Assembly: GCA_963779875.1 (NCBI GenBank)
Contig: CAWAAI010000007.1
Span: 14,599-78,598 of the forward strand
Origin: an uncultured Alphaproteobacteria bacterium
Lineage (GTDB): Bacteria > Pseudomonadota > Alphaproteobacteria > Acetobacterales > Acetobacteraceae
Direction: 5' to 3'
Length of the DNA: 64,000 nt
Shown: one piece after another, positions 10,982 to 20,597 of the stretch
Layout of the letters: every line of letters begins with the position of its first letter
Numbering within the stretch: the first letter of the stretch is position 1
The notes under the pieces: model-generated
The model's input: the letters and a program-made list of their open reading frames with translations, nothing else
The model's database searches: none
Told to the model about the DNA's origin: nothing
Program-made: the position numbers and the translations under genes

Positions 10982-11326
10982 ATGAACTGCCACACACGCC
11001 GCGCTGTGCCGTCCAAATGCCGCCTGGCCGGCACCCAGCGCGACAAGGTCGACTTGGACCAGTCTGCAGCGTTTTTCCGCATCAGGACGGCGACCGCCAC
11101 TTACGGCATTTCCCGCTCGTTCATTTATCGGGCGCTGACCGCAGGTAAAGTCGTCGCCGTGAAGGCTGGCCGCTCCGTCCTCATCGACGGCAGCAGCCTC
11201 CGTCAGGTACTTGGCGAGCCTGCCGAGGGCTGTCTTCAAAGCGCCGCAGTAGCCGCGCCAGCGGGAAGCGGGTGGCACCAGTCCACCCTTCCCGCTCCCG
11301 ACACTTCATCCTCGACGCGGACGTAG
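10982..11326 (+). CDS. second excisionase-family HTH protein
   Basis: FRIRTATATYGISRSFIYRALTAGKVVAVKAGRSVLIDGSSLRQVL has the same fold signature as the previous gene. The start and the C-terminal tail are uncertain. Confidence 0.5.
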   Translation: MNCHTRRAVPSKCRLAGTQRDKVDLDQSAAFFRIRTATATYGISRSFIYRALTAGKVVAVKAGRSVLIDGSSLRQVLGEPAEGCLQSAAVAAPAGSGWHQSTLPAPDTSSSTRT

Positions 11327-11357
11327 CACCCGATTTGGCGCTGCGGGGGGACAACTC

Positions 11358-12089
11358 GTGGCAAAAGCGCAACGCAAACCCCGGAAGCCCGGGCGGAAAG
11401 TTCTTCGGAACGGTCGTAGCGGTGAACCGCACGCGGCCGACCCATATGCCTCCATCCCCGCATCCATGATCGCCAGTCGTGCCTTCCGGGAACTGTCCGG
11501 CCACGCGGTCGGCGTGTTCTTGTTGCTCCACGCGGCATACAACCCAAACTCAGAGCTCTTCGTGAGCCATAAGCAAGCAATCGCTATCCTCCGGGCCGGC
11601 CCGCACGCGATCGCAAAAGCATTCCGAGACCTGGAGACCGCCGGGTTCATTGTGAAGATCCGCGAGGCAGTCCGCCCGGGGGGAATGGGCAGTTCGGGTA
11701 AGGGCAAGGCCGCAATCTATGAACTGCCGGGTCGGAACCCGATACTGCCGAACGAATGGCGCCAGAACGAAGATCCCGGTCTGCACGGCTATTGGCGCGT
11801 CCACTCCGCACGCCTCCGTGCGGTGTTGCGGCAGATCACAACTGGGGCCATGAAGCTCTGGTGCCACATGCATGCGGTCCACCGCCAAGCGGATGGGGCG
11901 CCGCAGTCGAATGATGCGCGAGCGCTTGACGCTGCGGCGGTCGGCCTCCCGCGGGAAACGCTGCGCCGGAAGGCCCAGGAGCTCTGCGAAGTCGGTATCA
12001 CCGAAGTTGGTCAGGCAGCTTCCGGAAAGCGTCCTGCGACTTTCATCTTGGCAGAGAGCGAGTGCAAGCCCGTCCGTTCTAGATCATGA
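11358..12089 (+). CDS. hypothetical winged-helix-like DNA-binding protein (island-borne)
   Basis: SRAFRELSGHAVGVFLLLHAAYNP..HKQAIAILRAGPHAIAKAFRDLETAGFIVKIRE..AAIYELP resembles HTH_36/replication-regulator type winged helices. The start is GTG. Confidence 0.55.
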   Translation: MAKAQRKPRKPGRKVLRNGRSGEPHAADPYASIPASMIASRAFRELSGHAVGVFLLLHAAYNPNSELFVSHKQAIAILRAGPHAIAKAFRDLETAGFIVKIREAVRPGGMGSSGKGKAAIYELPGRNPILPNEWRQNEDPGLHGYWRVHSARLRAVLRQITTGAMKLWCHMHAVHRQADGAPQSNDARALDAAAVGLPRETLRRKAQELCEVGITEVGQAASGKRPATFILAESECKPVRSRS

Positions 12090-12989
12090 GCAACGATGAT
12101 TTTTCCCTGCTACTCAAATGGGCGGCTAACGGCGCTTTCGCTACTGTGGTGGGGAGCAAGGCATATGGTTAGGCGGTTGTTGCCCGCCGCGGTAGTGAAA
12201 GTTGGACCGATGCGCGCATTAGTGCCCCACCTTGGTATCCCCTGAATAAACCATGCTGGTAGCGATGGAGACGCTGTCTTTCATCCCGGATGGGGCCGGT
12301 GCCAGCCGTCGCCCTATCGTCCCATCCCTTCCCCAGGCACAACGCGGATTGGCATTGTTTCATTGGCGTGACCGGGAAATTGGTATTCGGGCGGCCGCGT
12401 ACGTAGGGTCAGCCGCTTGGCTGAACATGCCTAGCACCTCCGTCAGGCAACAGCGGTCGAGCTCGATGTACCCTGCAAGAAACTCGGTCGTGCGCTTGAT
12501 TGCTTTGCGTGATCTATGTGTCATCGGCGACGGATGCAACTGGTCTCCAAAAATCACGAATACTGAACGTTTGATATGCACAGAAACAAGCAGAATTTGT
12601 GCATTTGTTCAAACTTGCCTCCAGCAGGTTGCATATTGTCTGAATTGCGTGCTGAGAACCTGCGGTGCAACCCGGGCCCGGCTCAGGCCCTCAGCGGGTG
12701 CCCAGATGCGGGCATTCGGTGCCCTGAGCCGAGGTATGCGGGCAACAGCCTGGCAAGCGCCGCCGCCAATTTCGCGCCGGCCACCGTCACATCGTTACGA
12801 GCCTGCATGTGGCCTCCGGCAGAGCCACAGCGTGACAATGCCCGCTTTCCTCGCCAATAGGCAACTTGTCGGTCCCGTGGAACCCCGTCACAGTCGCATG
12901 CCAATGTCCGAAGTTCCTGACAAACCGCGCTCACAGTCGCCGGCGCAGTGGCTTGCTCAAGCCAGCGCGCGAAATCAGCAGAGGGTGCC

Positions 12990-14636
12990 ATGCTCGCGAT
13001 CGTGAGGAATGTGGTGTTGGTCGTCCTGCTTCTGGGAATGGCGCGCGAACCAGTGAAAGCCGGGCCCTTCGAGGATGGGGTGAGTGCCTACCAGCGCGGC
13101 GACTATGCGACCGCCCTCCGGCTCCTGCGACCACTGGCCGACCAGGGGCGCACGGAAGCTCAATCCCACCTCGGCAGCATGTATATATTGGGCCGCGGCG
13201 TGCGTCAGGACTACGCTGAGGCGGCTCGTTGGTATCGCATGGCCGCGGAACTGGGCGACGCAGCGGCCCAAAACAACCTCGCGGTCATGTATCTGAGGGG
13301 CGACGGCGTAAGGCGCGACTTTGTTGAGGCAGTCCGGTGGTATCGCAAAGCGGCGGATCAGGGGAACAGTGGCGCCCAGTTTGCTCTTGGAGTGATGCAC
13401 GAGATTGGACAGGGCGTGCGGATGGACTATGCCGAGGCAACTCGGTGGTATCGCAGAGCCGCCGACAACGGCGATGCCAGCGCCCAGAACGCTCTCGGGG
13501 TTATGTACAGAAACGGCAAAAGCGTGCAGCAGGACCATGCCGCGGCAGCGCAGTGGTTTCGTAAAGCTGCCGATCAGGGTCTCGCTATCGCCCAATTCAA
13601 CCTCGGGGCTATGTTCTTGGGGCGAGACTACGCCGAAGCCGCCAGATGGGTTCGCAGGGCTGCGGACCAGGGATTGACCGATGCTCAGACCCTGATGGGG
13701 ACATTGTACAATTTCGGCGATGGAGTGCCCCAGAATTTCGTTCAGGCACACATGTGGTTCAATCTGGCCCGTCAAAATGATCTTCGTGACGCCATCGCAA
13801 GCCAGATGACGATCACTCAGATCGCTGAGGCGCAGCGCCTCGCAAGCCAGTGGCAGCCAAAAATGTGGAATTTCTTTGACCAGTTTGATCCGCCCGACCC
13901 CTACGCCAAATTCGAGGACACGACCGGAGGGCCACCTAGCCGCAGTGGAGGGTTCGACCCTGGCCGACCGTACGAGGTTGAAAAAGCGCCCTCCACCGCT
14001 TTGCGTCTTGCCAGCACCGGCAGCGGGTTCTTTGTGACCCATGACGGGCATCTGCTCACCAACGCACACGTCATCAAGGACTGTAAGGTGGTGCAAACTC
14101 GCCGCGCGGATGGCGACGTCGCTGATGCCCGCGTGGTCGCAACCTCAATCGGGGATGACCTGGCGCTGCTGAAAGTGGAAAAGCGGCAGGCGACGGCTAC
14201 GATATTCCGCGCCGGCGTGCCAGTGAGACAGGGCGAGGGCGTGACAGTGTATGGCTTCCCCCTGACGGGGCTGCTTGCCTCGACAGGAAACCTCACCATC
14301 GGGCATGTCACCGCGCTGTCGGGACCGCGCGACGATCCGCGGTTGCTCCAGATTTCCGCAGCGGTGCAGCCTGGCAACAGCGGGGGGCCAGTGTTCGACA
14401 CCGGGGGCAATGTCGTCGGCGTCGTCGTCAGCAAGCTCGATGCCCTCGCGGTCGCTGGCGCCACCGGCGACATTCCGCAGAACATCAACTTCGCCATCAA
14501 AGCGTCGGTCGCCACGAATTTCCTCGAAGCGCACGGCGTTGCGTACGTACTCGCGTCGGGTTCCGCCGAACTCGCCACAACCGCCATCGTCGACCGAGCC
14601 CGCAGCGGCACTGTGCGGGTTGATTGCCTGAGGTGA
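12990..14636 (+). CDS. secreted Sel1-repeat protein fused to a trypsin-like (S1C-type) serine protease domain
   Basis: Signal-like N-terminus MLAIVRNVVLVVLLLGMA. At least 7 Sel1-like repeats (A..WYRKAADQG...AQ..LG.MY..G.GV..D). The C-terminal domain has the triad contexts TNAHV, DDLALLKV and GNSGGPV. No PDZ-like tail follows. ATG 12990 has a GAGGG SD. Confidence 0.8.
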   Translation: MLAIVRNVVLVVLLLGMAREPVKAGPFEDGVSAYQRGDYATALRLLRPLADQGRTEAQSHLGSMYILGRGVRQDYAEAARWYRMAAELGDAAAQNNLAVMYLRGDGVRRDFVEAVRWYRKAADQGNSGAQFALGVMHEIGQGVRMDYAEATRWYRRAADNGDASAQNALGVMYRNGKSVQQDHAAAAQWFRKAADQGLAIAQFNLGAMFLGRDYAEAARWVRRAADQGLTDAQTLMGTLYNFGDGVPQNFVQAHMWFNLARQNDLRDAIASQMTITQIAEAQRLASQWQPKMWNFFDQFDPPDPYAKFEDTTGGPPSRSGGFDPGRPYEVEKAPSTALRLASTGSGFFVTHDGHLLTNAHVIKDCKVVQTRRADGDVADARVVATSIGDDLALLKVEKRQATATIFRAGVPVRQGEGVTVYGFPLTGLLASTGNLTIGHVTALSGPRDDPRLLQISAAVQPGNSGGPVFDTGGNVVGVVVSKLDALAVAGATGDIPQNINFAIKASVATNFLEAHGVAYVLASGSAELATTAIVDRARSGTVRVDCLR

Positions 14637-14687
14637 CGGTTGACCTCACCTGCTGGACTGCCCCACCCACCCCACCAGAGGCCGCAA

Positions 14688-14930
14688 ATGCTCCGACTGT
14701 TGTGCTTGATCGCCGGCTTATCGTTGGCACCGTGGCCAGCCGATGCCCAACAGCCCCAGCCGCGGAGCGGCTACGTCCGCCGCGATGGCGTATATGTGCC
14801 CCCATCCTACCAGAGCCGCCCGAACGGGACACGCTTGGACAACTACAGCACCAGGGGGAACGCCAACCCTTTCACTGGAAAACCCGGCTCAGTGGATCCG
14901 TATGCCTATAGGCCACCGAGGCGGCGATAG
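14688..14930 (+). CDS. small secreted protein (YxRRDGxYV...NYSxxGNxNPxTGK motif)
   Basis: Signal peptide MLRLLCLIAGLSLAPWPADA, AGAGG SD, and a start 52 nt after the protease stop. The motif SGYVRRDGVYVPPSYQSRPNGTRLDNYSTRGNANPFTGKPG resembles a widespread small-protein family that I cannot name with certainty. Confidence 0.55.
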   Translation: MLRLLCLIAGLSLAPWPADAQQPQPRSGYVRRDGVYVPPSYQSRPNGTRLDNYSTRGNANPFTGKPGSVDPYAYRPPRRR

Positions 14931-15329
14931 CGGCATTGGGCCACTGGCTGCACCAAGGAACAGCAGCCAAGAATTTCTCCGGGGGGTCATGAAGTGTACC
15001 CCCACCCCCCTTGTCGCGGGTGCCAGGGGGGCTGCCGTGGATGCGACAACTTGGCCCCGCAACCAGCCTTCACCGCCGCCGCCTGTCGTGCCTGATGCCA
15101 CCCGATGGCGCCGATGTGGGTTCCCAACTACTGCCGCCTCTCGCCCTGCCATGCGACCAACCGCGCACGCGGTCGATGCTTTGCTCCAAGGTGCGGGTTG
15201 ATCGACCGACAACGAGCGGCCTGGCAACCCAGCGGCAGAGAGGCAATCAGAGTGTCGCGCGCCCGGTGAGCTCATAGAGCGGGAATGCCGCTCAAGCGGC
15301 CGGCTCCCCGGCCAATCCTTTTGCACCCG

Positions 15330-15352
15330 ATTAAGGGGATCGATTAGGGGAT
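15330..15352 (+). promoter_or_regulatory. candidate recombinase arm-type sites (ATTAAGGGGAT, ATTAGGGGAT) next to attR
   Basis: Two tandem copies lie 50-70 nt inside attR. They match the 10-mer at 8510-8519 near attL. Confidence 0.35.
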
Positions 15353-15402
15353 TTTAGCCAAGATCAATCGTATCATATTGAAAAAGCACAGCGAAAGGCG
15401 GA

Positions 15403-15416
15403 CACCCTCTCCGCCA
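15403..15416 (+). repeat. attR core
   Basis: An exact 14-nt copy of the tRNA-Ser 3' end. The flanking bases differ from the tRNA. Confidence 0.75.
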
Positions 15417-15734
15417 ACGCCGTCCCGTATTCTTTCGCTCGACCATTTCGCTGCCATGCCATGCTGCCATGCGACGGCGATGTCGTTTCCTTCTTTTCCG
15501 AGCATCTCAGGACAACCACATACAACCCGTGGGCACATACAACCCAACGGCACAAGCAGCCTAGGGCTGGTGTTCACCATATCGGCGAGTATCATCACTC
15601 GATCCTGACTTGCCCTTTGCGGCAAGGCGCGCGCATCGACGGAGGGGGCCGCAGACGGCGGCGTGGGCTAGCAATCGATGCCTGCGGCTGGTGCCAGGCC
15701 CTGCGATTGGAAATGCTTTCCTGGGAGACCGCGA

Positions 15735-16631
15735 TTGGCAAGTGATGCGACCGTTGATCCACAGCGAGGCCCGGCGGGGTCCGCCACTGTCGAGCGCCGG
15801 CGGCCACGCGGTCTGGCTGCGGGCTGGACCCCCGATGACATACCTTGGGACCGGTTCGATCCCACCAAAGTCGATCCCGATATCGTCCGGCTGGTGAAGG
15901 CCGCCGCGCTGGTTGAACTGGGCGGTCAGGAATATGGCGACTACCTGGCCGGCGTGTTCAGCGACGATGAGGAGTTCAAGCAGGCGGCCGCCAACTGGTC
16001 GGTCGAGGAGGTCCAGCACGGCGAGGTTCTCGGGCGCTGGGCGCAACTGGCGGACCCGACCTTCGATTTCGTGGCCGCCTATGCGCGGTTCCGCGCTGGC
16101 TACGCCCTGCCGGTGGATGCGACCGAGTCGGTACGTGGCTCGCGCGCCGGCGAACTGATGGCCCGCTGCATCGTGGAAACCGGCACCAGCTCCTACTATA
16201 CTGCGCTGCATGATGCGGTCGACGAGCCGGTTCTGAAGGCGATATGCCGCCGCATCGCCGCCGACGAGCTGCGCCACTTCAAACTGTTCTACGCCAACAT
16301 GCGCCGCTACGTGGCCACGGACCGGCTTGGCCGGTTGGGCCGCCTGCGCATCGGCTTGGCGCGCATCCGCGAATCCGAAGACGACGAGCTGGCCTATGCC
16401 TATTACGCCGCGCAGAACTCGTCCGCCCCGTACAAGCGCGCCGAGAACGCCAACGCCTATGCAATGCGCGCCTATCGCGTGTATCGCCGCCCCCACATCG
16501 AGCGCGCCGTCGCCATGGTGCTGAAGGCGGTTGGGCTGAAGCCATACGGCACGCTGAACGGTGCGCTGACCGGTACGGCAACGGGCTTGCTGCGCTGGCG
16601 CGTCGCGAGGCTGGCTCGCGCCGGGGCCTAG
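15735..16631 (+). CDS. ferritin-like di-iron domain protein
   Basis: DIPWDRFD.., ..EEVQHGEVL.. and ..ADELRHFKLF.. give an ExxH pair pattern of di-iron carboxylate proteins. TTG 15735 has a GGGAGA SD; the alternative ATG at 15678 has none. Confidence 0.6.
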   Translation: MASDATVDPQRGPAGSATVERRRPRGLAAGWTPDDIPWDRFDPTKVDPDIVRLVKAAALVELGGQEYGDYLAGVFSDDEEFKQAAANWSVEEVQHGEVLGRWAQLADPTFDFVAAYARFRAGYALPVDATESVRGSRAGELMARCIVETGTSSYYTALHDAVDEPVLKAICRRIAADELRHFKLFYANMRRYVATDRLGRLGRLRIGLARIRESEDDELAYAYYAAQNSSAPYKRAENANAYAMRAYRVYRRPHIERAVAMVLKAVGLKPYGTLNGALTGTATGLLRWRVARLARAGA

Positions 16632-18667
16632 AGCGCCCCGGGAAAGTGGCAGGCGACGACTTGACCGTCGGCGCCCGGCCGCAATGCCGGCTCCTCGGTA
16701 GCGCATAGAGGCTGGGCAACCGGGCAGCGGGTGCGGAAGCGGCAGCCGCTTGGTGGATTGACGGCACTTGGCGGCTCGCCGTGCATCGGCACATGCCGGC
16801 GCGCCCGCTCCAACCGCGGATCCGGCACCGGGGCCGCAGCAATCAGGGTTCGGGTGTACGGGTGCAGCGGGCGCGTGAACAGGTCGGCGGCGCGGCCGGA
16901 CTCCATCACCTTGCCCAGGTACAGCACAACGATGCGATCGCAGACATGCCGCACCACCGCCAGGTCGTGGGCGATGAACAGGTAGGTCAGGCCCAGCCGC
17001 TCCTGCAGATCGACCATCAGGTTGATGATCTGCGCCTGGATGTTCACGTCCAGCGCCGAGATCGGCTCGTCCGCCACGACCAGATCGGGCCCAACAGCCA
17101 GCGCGCGCGCGATGGAAATGCGCTGGCGCTGGCCGCCGGAGAACTCGTGCGGGAACCGCCCAGCAGACGCGGCGGGCAGGCCGACGAGGTCCAGCAACTC
17201 GTCCACCCGCAATCGCGCCGCCGCATCGCCCGGCACGATGCGGTGCAGCAGCAGCGGCCCTGCCAGGATCTCGCCCACCGACATGCGTGGATTCAGCGAA
17301 GCATAGGGGTCCTGGAAGATCATCTGCACGCGCCGGCGCAACGGCCGGATTTCCGCCTGCGTGGCATGGGTGATGTCGGTGCCGTCGAACACGATCCTGC
17401 CGGATGTCGGCTCGTGCAGGCGGGTGACCAGGCGGGCCAGCGTGGACTTGCCGCAACCACTTTCGCCCACCAGCCCCACGGTCTCGCCGCGTGCGATAGA
17501 CAGGCTCACGCCGTCGACCGCGCGCAGCACGCGGGTGGCCGCGAAATAGCCCTCCTTCGGCAGGGCGAAATGCTTGGCGACGTTGGTCACCTCCAGCAAA
17601 GGTGCAGTGGACTGCACCCCGGCGGAGGAAGCAGGCCGGGCGTGGGCGCGCTCCGGCGGGTGCAGCGCGCCGCCGGCTTGGGTGACCCAGCAGCGTGCCG
17701 AGCGGGTGGCATCGATCGGCAACAGGGCAGGGTGCTCGGCGCATTTGGCTACCGCGAAGGGGCAGCGATCGCGGAAGCGGCAGCCCTCGGGCCAGGCGCG
17801 CGGGTCGGGCGGCTGGCCGTCGATGGTGGTCAGGCGGCGGTCGGTCGACTCGGCGTCGATGCGCGGGGCGGCATGCAGCAGCGCCCAGGTATAGGGGTGG
17901 CGAGGGTCGGACAGCAGTTCCTCCGGCGGCCCCTCCTCCACCACCTCGCCCGCATACATCACCAGAATGCGCCGGCAGACATTGGCGATCACGCCCAGGT
18001 CGTGGCTGATCAGGATCACGGCGGTGCCGAGATCGCGGTTCAGTTCGCGCAGCAGTTCCAGGATCTGCGCCTGGATGGTGACGTCCAGCGCGGTGGTGGG
18101 TTCGTCGGCGATCAGCAGCGCCGGTTCGTTGGAGAAGCCCATTGCCAGCATCACCCGCTGGCGCATGCCGCCGGAGAACTGGTGCGGATAGGAATCCACT
18201 GCCGCTTCGGCGCGCCCCACCCCCATTCGGCGCAGCAGGTCGATCGCCCGTGCCCGTGCCGCGGGGGCGGTGAACCTGCCATGCGCCGTCATCGCCTCCA
18301 CCAACTGTTTGGCGATGCGCAGCACCGGGTTGAGCGAGGTCATGGGGTCCTGAAAGACCATGGCGATCTCGCGCCCACGCACGCGGCGCAGCGAGTCGTC
18401 GTCCAGCGTGGCGAGGTCGCGGCCGCGAAACTCGATGGAACCGCCGATGATGCGCGCCGGCTCGTCCAGCAGGCGCATGATCGACTTGGCGCACACACTC
18501 TTGCCCGAGCCGGATTCGCCGACGATGCCCAGCGTCTCGCCGGCATGCAGGTCGAAGCTCACGCCGTCCACCGCACGCACCGCGCCGCTGTCGGTCAGGA
18601 ACCAGGTCCGCAGGTCGCGCACCCGCAGCAGCAGCTCGGCCGGCCCGTCTTCAGCGCGTTCGGGCAT
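16628..18667 (-). CDS. ABC transporter ATP-binding protein, fused double ATPase (DppD/DppF-like)
   Basis: Two complete NBDs: [29 protein letters not shown] and [30 protein letters not shown], with oligopeptide-type C-terminal extensions. Confidence 0.9.
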   Translation of the reverse strand: MPERAEDGPAELLLRVRDLRTWFLTDSGAVRAVDGVSFDLHAGETLGIVGESGSGKSVCAKSIMRLLDEPARIIGGSIEFRGRDLATLDDDSLRRVRGREIAMVFQDPMTSLNPVLRIAKQLVEAMTAHGRFTAPAARARAIDLLRRMGVGRAEAAVDSYPHQFSGGMRQRVMLAMGFSNEPALLIADEPTTALDVTIQAQILELLRELNRDLGTAVILISHDLGVIANVCRRILVMYAGEVVEEGPPEELLSDPRHPYTWALLHAAPRIDAESTDRRLTTIDGQPPDPRAWPEGCRFRDRCPFAVAKCAEHPALLPIDATRSARCWVTQAGGALHPPERAHARPASSAGVQSTAPLLEVTNVAKHFALPKEGYFAATRVLRAVDGVSLSIARGETVGLVGESGCGKSTLARLVTRLHEPTSGRIVFDGTDITHATQAEIRPLRRRVQMIFQDPYASLNPRMSVGEILAGPLLLHRIVPGDAAARLRVDELLDLVGLPAASAGRFPHEFSGGQRQRISIARALAVGPDLVVADEPISALDVNIQAQIINLMVDLQERLGLTYLFIAHDLAVVRHVCDRIVVLYLGKVMESGRAADLFTRPLHPYTRTLIAAAPVPDPRLERARRHVPMHGEPPSAVNPPSGCRFRTRCPVAQPLCATEEPALRPGADGQVVACHFPGAL

Positions 18668-19493
18668 GCGGGTCCAGCCAATCGCGGATGCCGTCGCCGA
18701 CGAAGTTGAATCCCATCACCACGGTGAGGATGGCCAGCCCGGGGAAGGTCGCCACCCACCATTGCTGCACCAGTTCGCGCCCCTCGGCCACCATCGCGCC
18801 CCATTCGGCGGTGGGCGGCACCACGCCCAGGCCCAGGAAGGACAGGCCGGCGAACACCAGGATCGCCTGGCCGAGGTCGAGCGTGACCAGCACCACCAGC
18901 GGGCCGACGGCGTTGGGGATGATCTGGCGCAGCAGGATGTGGGCAGGGCCGAAGCCGATCGACTGCGCCGCCTCCACGTATTCCAGCGAGCGCTGGGTGA
19001 TCACCAGGCTTCGCGCCAGCCGGGCGAACTTGGGCCACCACACCACCAGCATGGCGATCACCGTGTTCACCGTGCCGATGCCCAGTGCCGCGGCAATCGC
19101 CATGGCCAGGATGATCGGCGGGAAGCAGAACACCAGGTCGGTGGTGCGCATCAGCGCCTCCTCCGCCCAGCCCCGTGCATAGGCAGCGAGGGCGCCGAGC
19201 AGGGTGCCGAACAGCCCGCCGAGCAGCACGACCACCATGCCGACGGTCAGTGAAATGCGCGCGCCATAGACCACCCGGGTCAGCACGTCGCGCCCCAGCA
19301 CGTCGGTGCCGAGCCAGTGCAGGGCCGAGGGGGGTTGCAGGCGGTTCGCCACGTCCACGAAGTTGGGATCATAGGGCATGATCCACGGCGCCAGCAGCGC
19401 CAGCAGCGCCCAGGCCACGACGATGGCCCCGCCCAGGGTCGCCAGACCGTAGCGGCGCAGCCAGCGCCGTGCGGCCGCGCGCGGGCGCGGCAC
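18651..19493 (-). CDS. ABC transporter permease (DppC/OppC-like)
   Basis: Multi-TM protein with a BPD-transporter type core. It overlaps the ATPase gene start and sits within the peptide ABC operon. Confidence 0.85.
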   Translation of the reverse strand: MPRPRAAARRWLRRYGLATLGGAIVVAWALLALLAPWIMPYDPNFVDVANRLQPPSALHWLGTDVLGRDVLTRVVYGARISLTVGMVVVLLGGLFGTLLGALAAYARGWAEEALMRTTDLVFCFPPIILAMAIAAALGIGTVNTVIAMLVVWWPKFARLARSLVITQRSLEYVEAAQSIGFGPAHILLRQIIPNAVGPLVVLVTLDLGQAILVFAGLSFLGLGVVPPTAEWGAMVAEGRELVQQWWVATFPGLAILTVVMGFNFVGDGIRDWLDPHARTR

Positions 19494-19517
19494 CGCCAGA
19501 CGCTTCGGCGACCGCGC

Positions 19518-20531
19518 TCACGCCTTCACCGCGCGCGGGTCCAGCAGCGCGTAGGAGAGGTCGACCAGCAGGTTCACCAGCACGAACACGGCGGCCACGA
19601 TGGCGGTGATCGCCATGATCGCGGGGAAATCCACCGCCACGGCGCTGCGGAAGGTGTAGCGGCCCAGGCCGGGCCAGGAGAACACCGTCTCGGTCATAAC
19701 GGCGCCGGTCAGCAGGTTGGCATAGGCGAGCCCGCCCAGCGTCACCACAGGCAGCATGGCGTTTGGCAGCGCGTGGCCGGTGACCACCACGCGCGCCAGC
19801 AGCCCCTTGGCACGGGCGACGCGCACATAGTCCTGGCTCAGAGCCTCCAGCATCGCAGCCCGGGTAGTGCGGGTGATCAGGCCCAGGGTGGAGGCGGCGA
19901 GCACGATGCTGGGGAGCACGAGATGCGCCGCCGCATCGCGGAATGTCTCCCAGTCGCCGACCAGGGCGGTGTCGATCAGCAGCAGCCCGGTGATGCGCTC
20001 GGGTGGGAAGGCGAGCGGATCCAGCCGCCCGGTGCCCGGCGCCCAGTCGAGCTGTCCATAGAAGATCGCCAGCACGATGAAGGCGAGCCAAAAGGTGGGT
20101 GCGGAGACGCCGACAAGTGCCACGAAGCGTGCGACATGGTCCACCCAGGAGTCGCGCCGCACGGCGGCCACGATGCCCAGCGGCAGGCCGATCACGAGCG
20201 ACAGCGCAAAGGCAATGGTGGCGAGTTCCAGCGTGGCCGGCGCGTAGTCGATGATGTCGTCCAGCACCGGCCGCCGCGTGGCGATCGACAGGCCCATGTC
20301 GCCATGGACCAAGCGCTGCAGGAACAACCAGTACTGTTCCCACAGCGGCAGGTCGAGGCCATAGATCGCGCGGAACGCCGCCACCGCCTGGGGGTCGGAG
20401 GCCTGCTCGTCGCCCAACGCTGCCAGGGCCGGATCCCCGGGCACGGTGTTGGCGATCAGGAACACCACCAGGGTGGCGAACAGCACGAGCACGAAGGCCG
20501 TGACAAGCCGCGAGAGGAGATAGCGGATCAT
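19518..20531 (-). CDS. ABC transporter permease (DppB/OppB-like)
   Basis: MIRYLLSRLVTAFVLVLFATLVVF N-terminus and DYVRVARAKGL block typical of DppB-type permeases. Confidence 0.85.
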   Translation of the reverse strand: MIRYLLSRLVTAFVLVLFATLVVFLIANTVPGDPALAALGDEQASDPQAVAAFRAIYGLDLPLWEQYWLFLQRLVHGDMGLSIATRRPVLDDIIDYAPATLELATIAFALSLVIGLPLGIVAAVRRDSWVDHVARFVALVGVSAPTFWLAFIVLAIFYGQLDWAPGTGRLDPLAFPPERITGLLLIDTALVGDWETFRDAAAHLVLPSIVLAASTLGLITRTTRAAMLEALSQDYVRVARAKGLLARVVVTGHALPNAMLPVVTLGGLAYANLLTGAVMTETVFSWPGLGRYTFRSAVAVDFPAIMAITAIVAAVFVLVNLLVDLSYALLDPRAVKA

Positions 20532-20597
20532 CGGCGCCGCGGTCGCCCACCGGGAGAGGCGGCGGCGCCGCGATGGCGGCAGATCACCGGCCGAGGC

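Noticed and set aside
12253-13005. A 250-aa plus-strand ORF spanning the low-GC gap of the island.
   Set aside because: It has no SD and no recognisable domain. It runs into the Sel1-protease start in a different frame, and its composition changes midway. It is treated as non-coding or a remnant (see the finding for 12090-12989).
15561-18494. Very long track ORFs lie antisense to, or out of frame with, recognised genes. Examples are 15561-18494 (-, 977 aa), 16781-18709 (+), 5456-7093 (-), 19317-20975 (+), 29127-31829 (+), 40013-42469 (-) and 62231-63853 (-).
   Set aside because: Their translations are low-complexity and Arg/Pro/Gly/Ala-rich with no family signature. They overlap genes that have unambiguous conserved motifs. 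Such ORFs are the expected stop-codon-poor artefacts of very GC-rich DNA.
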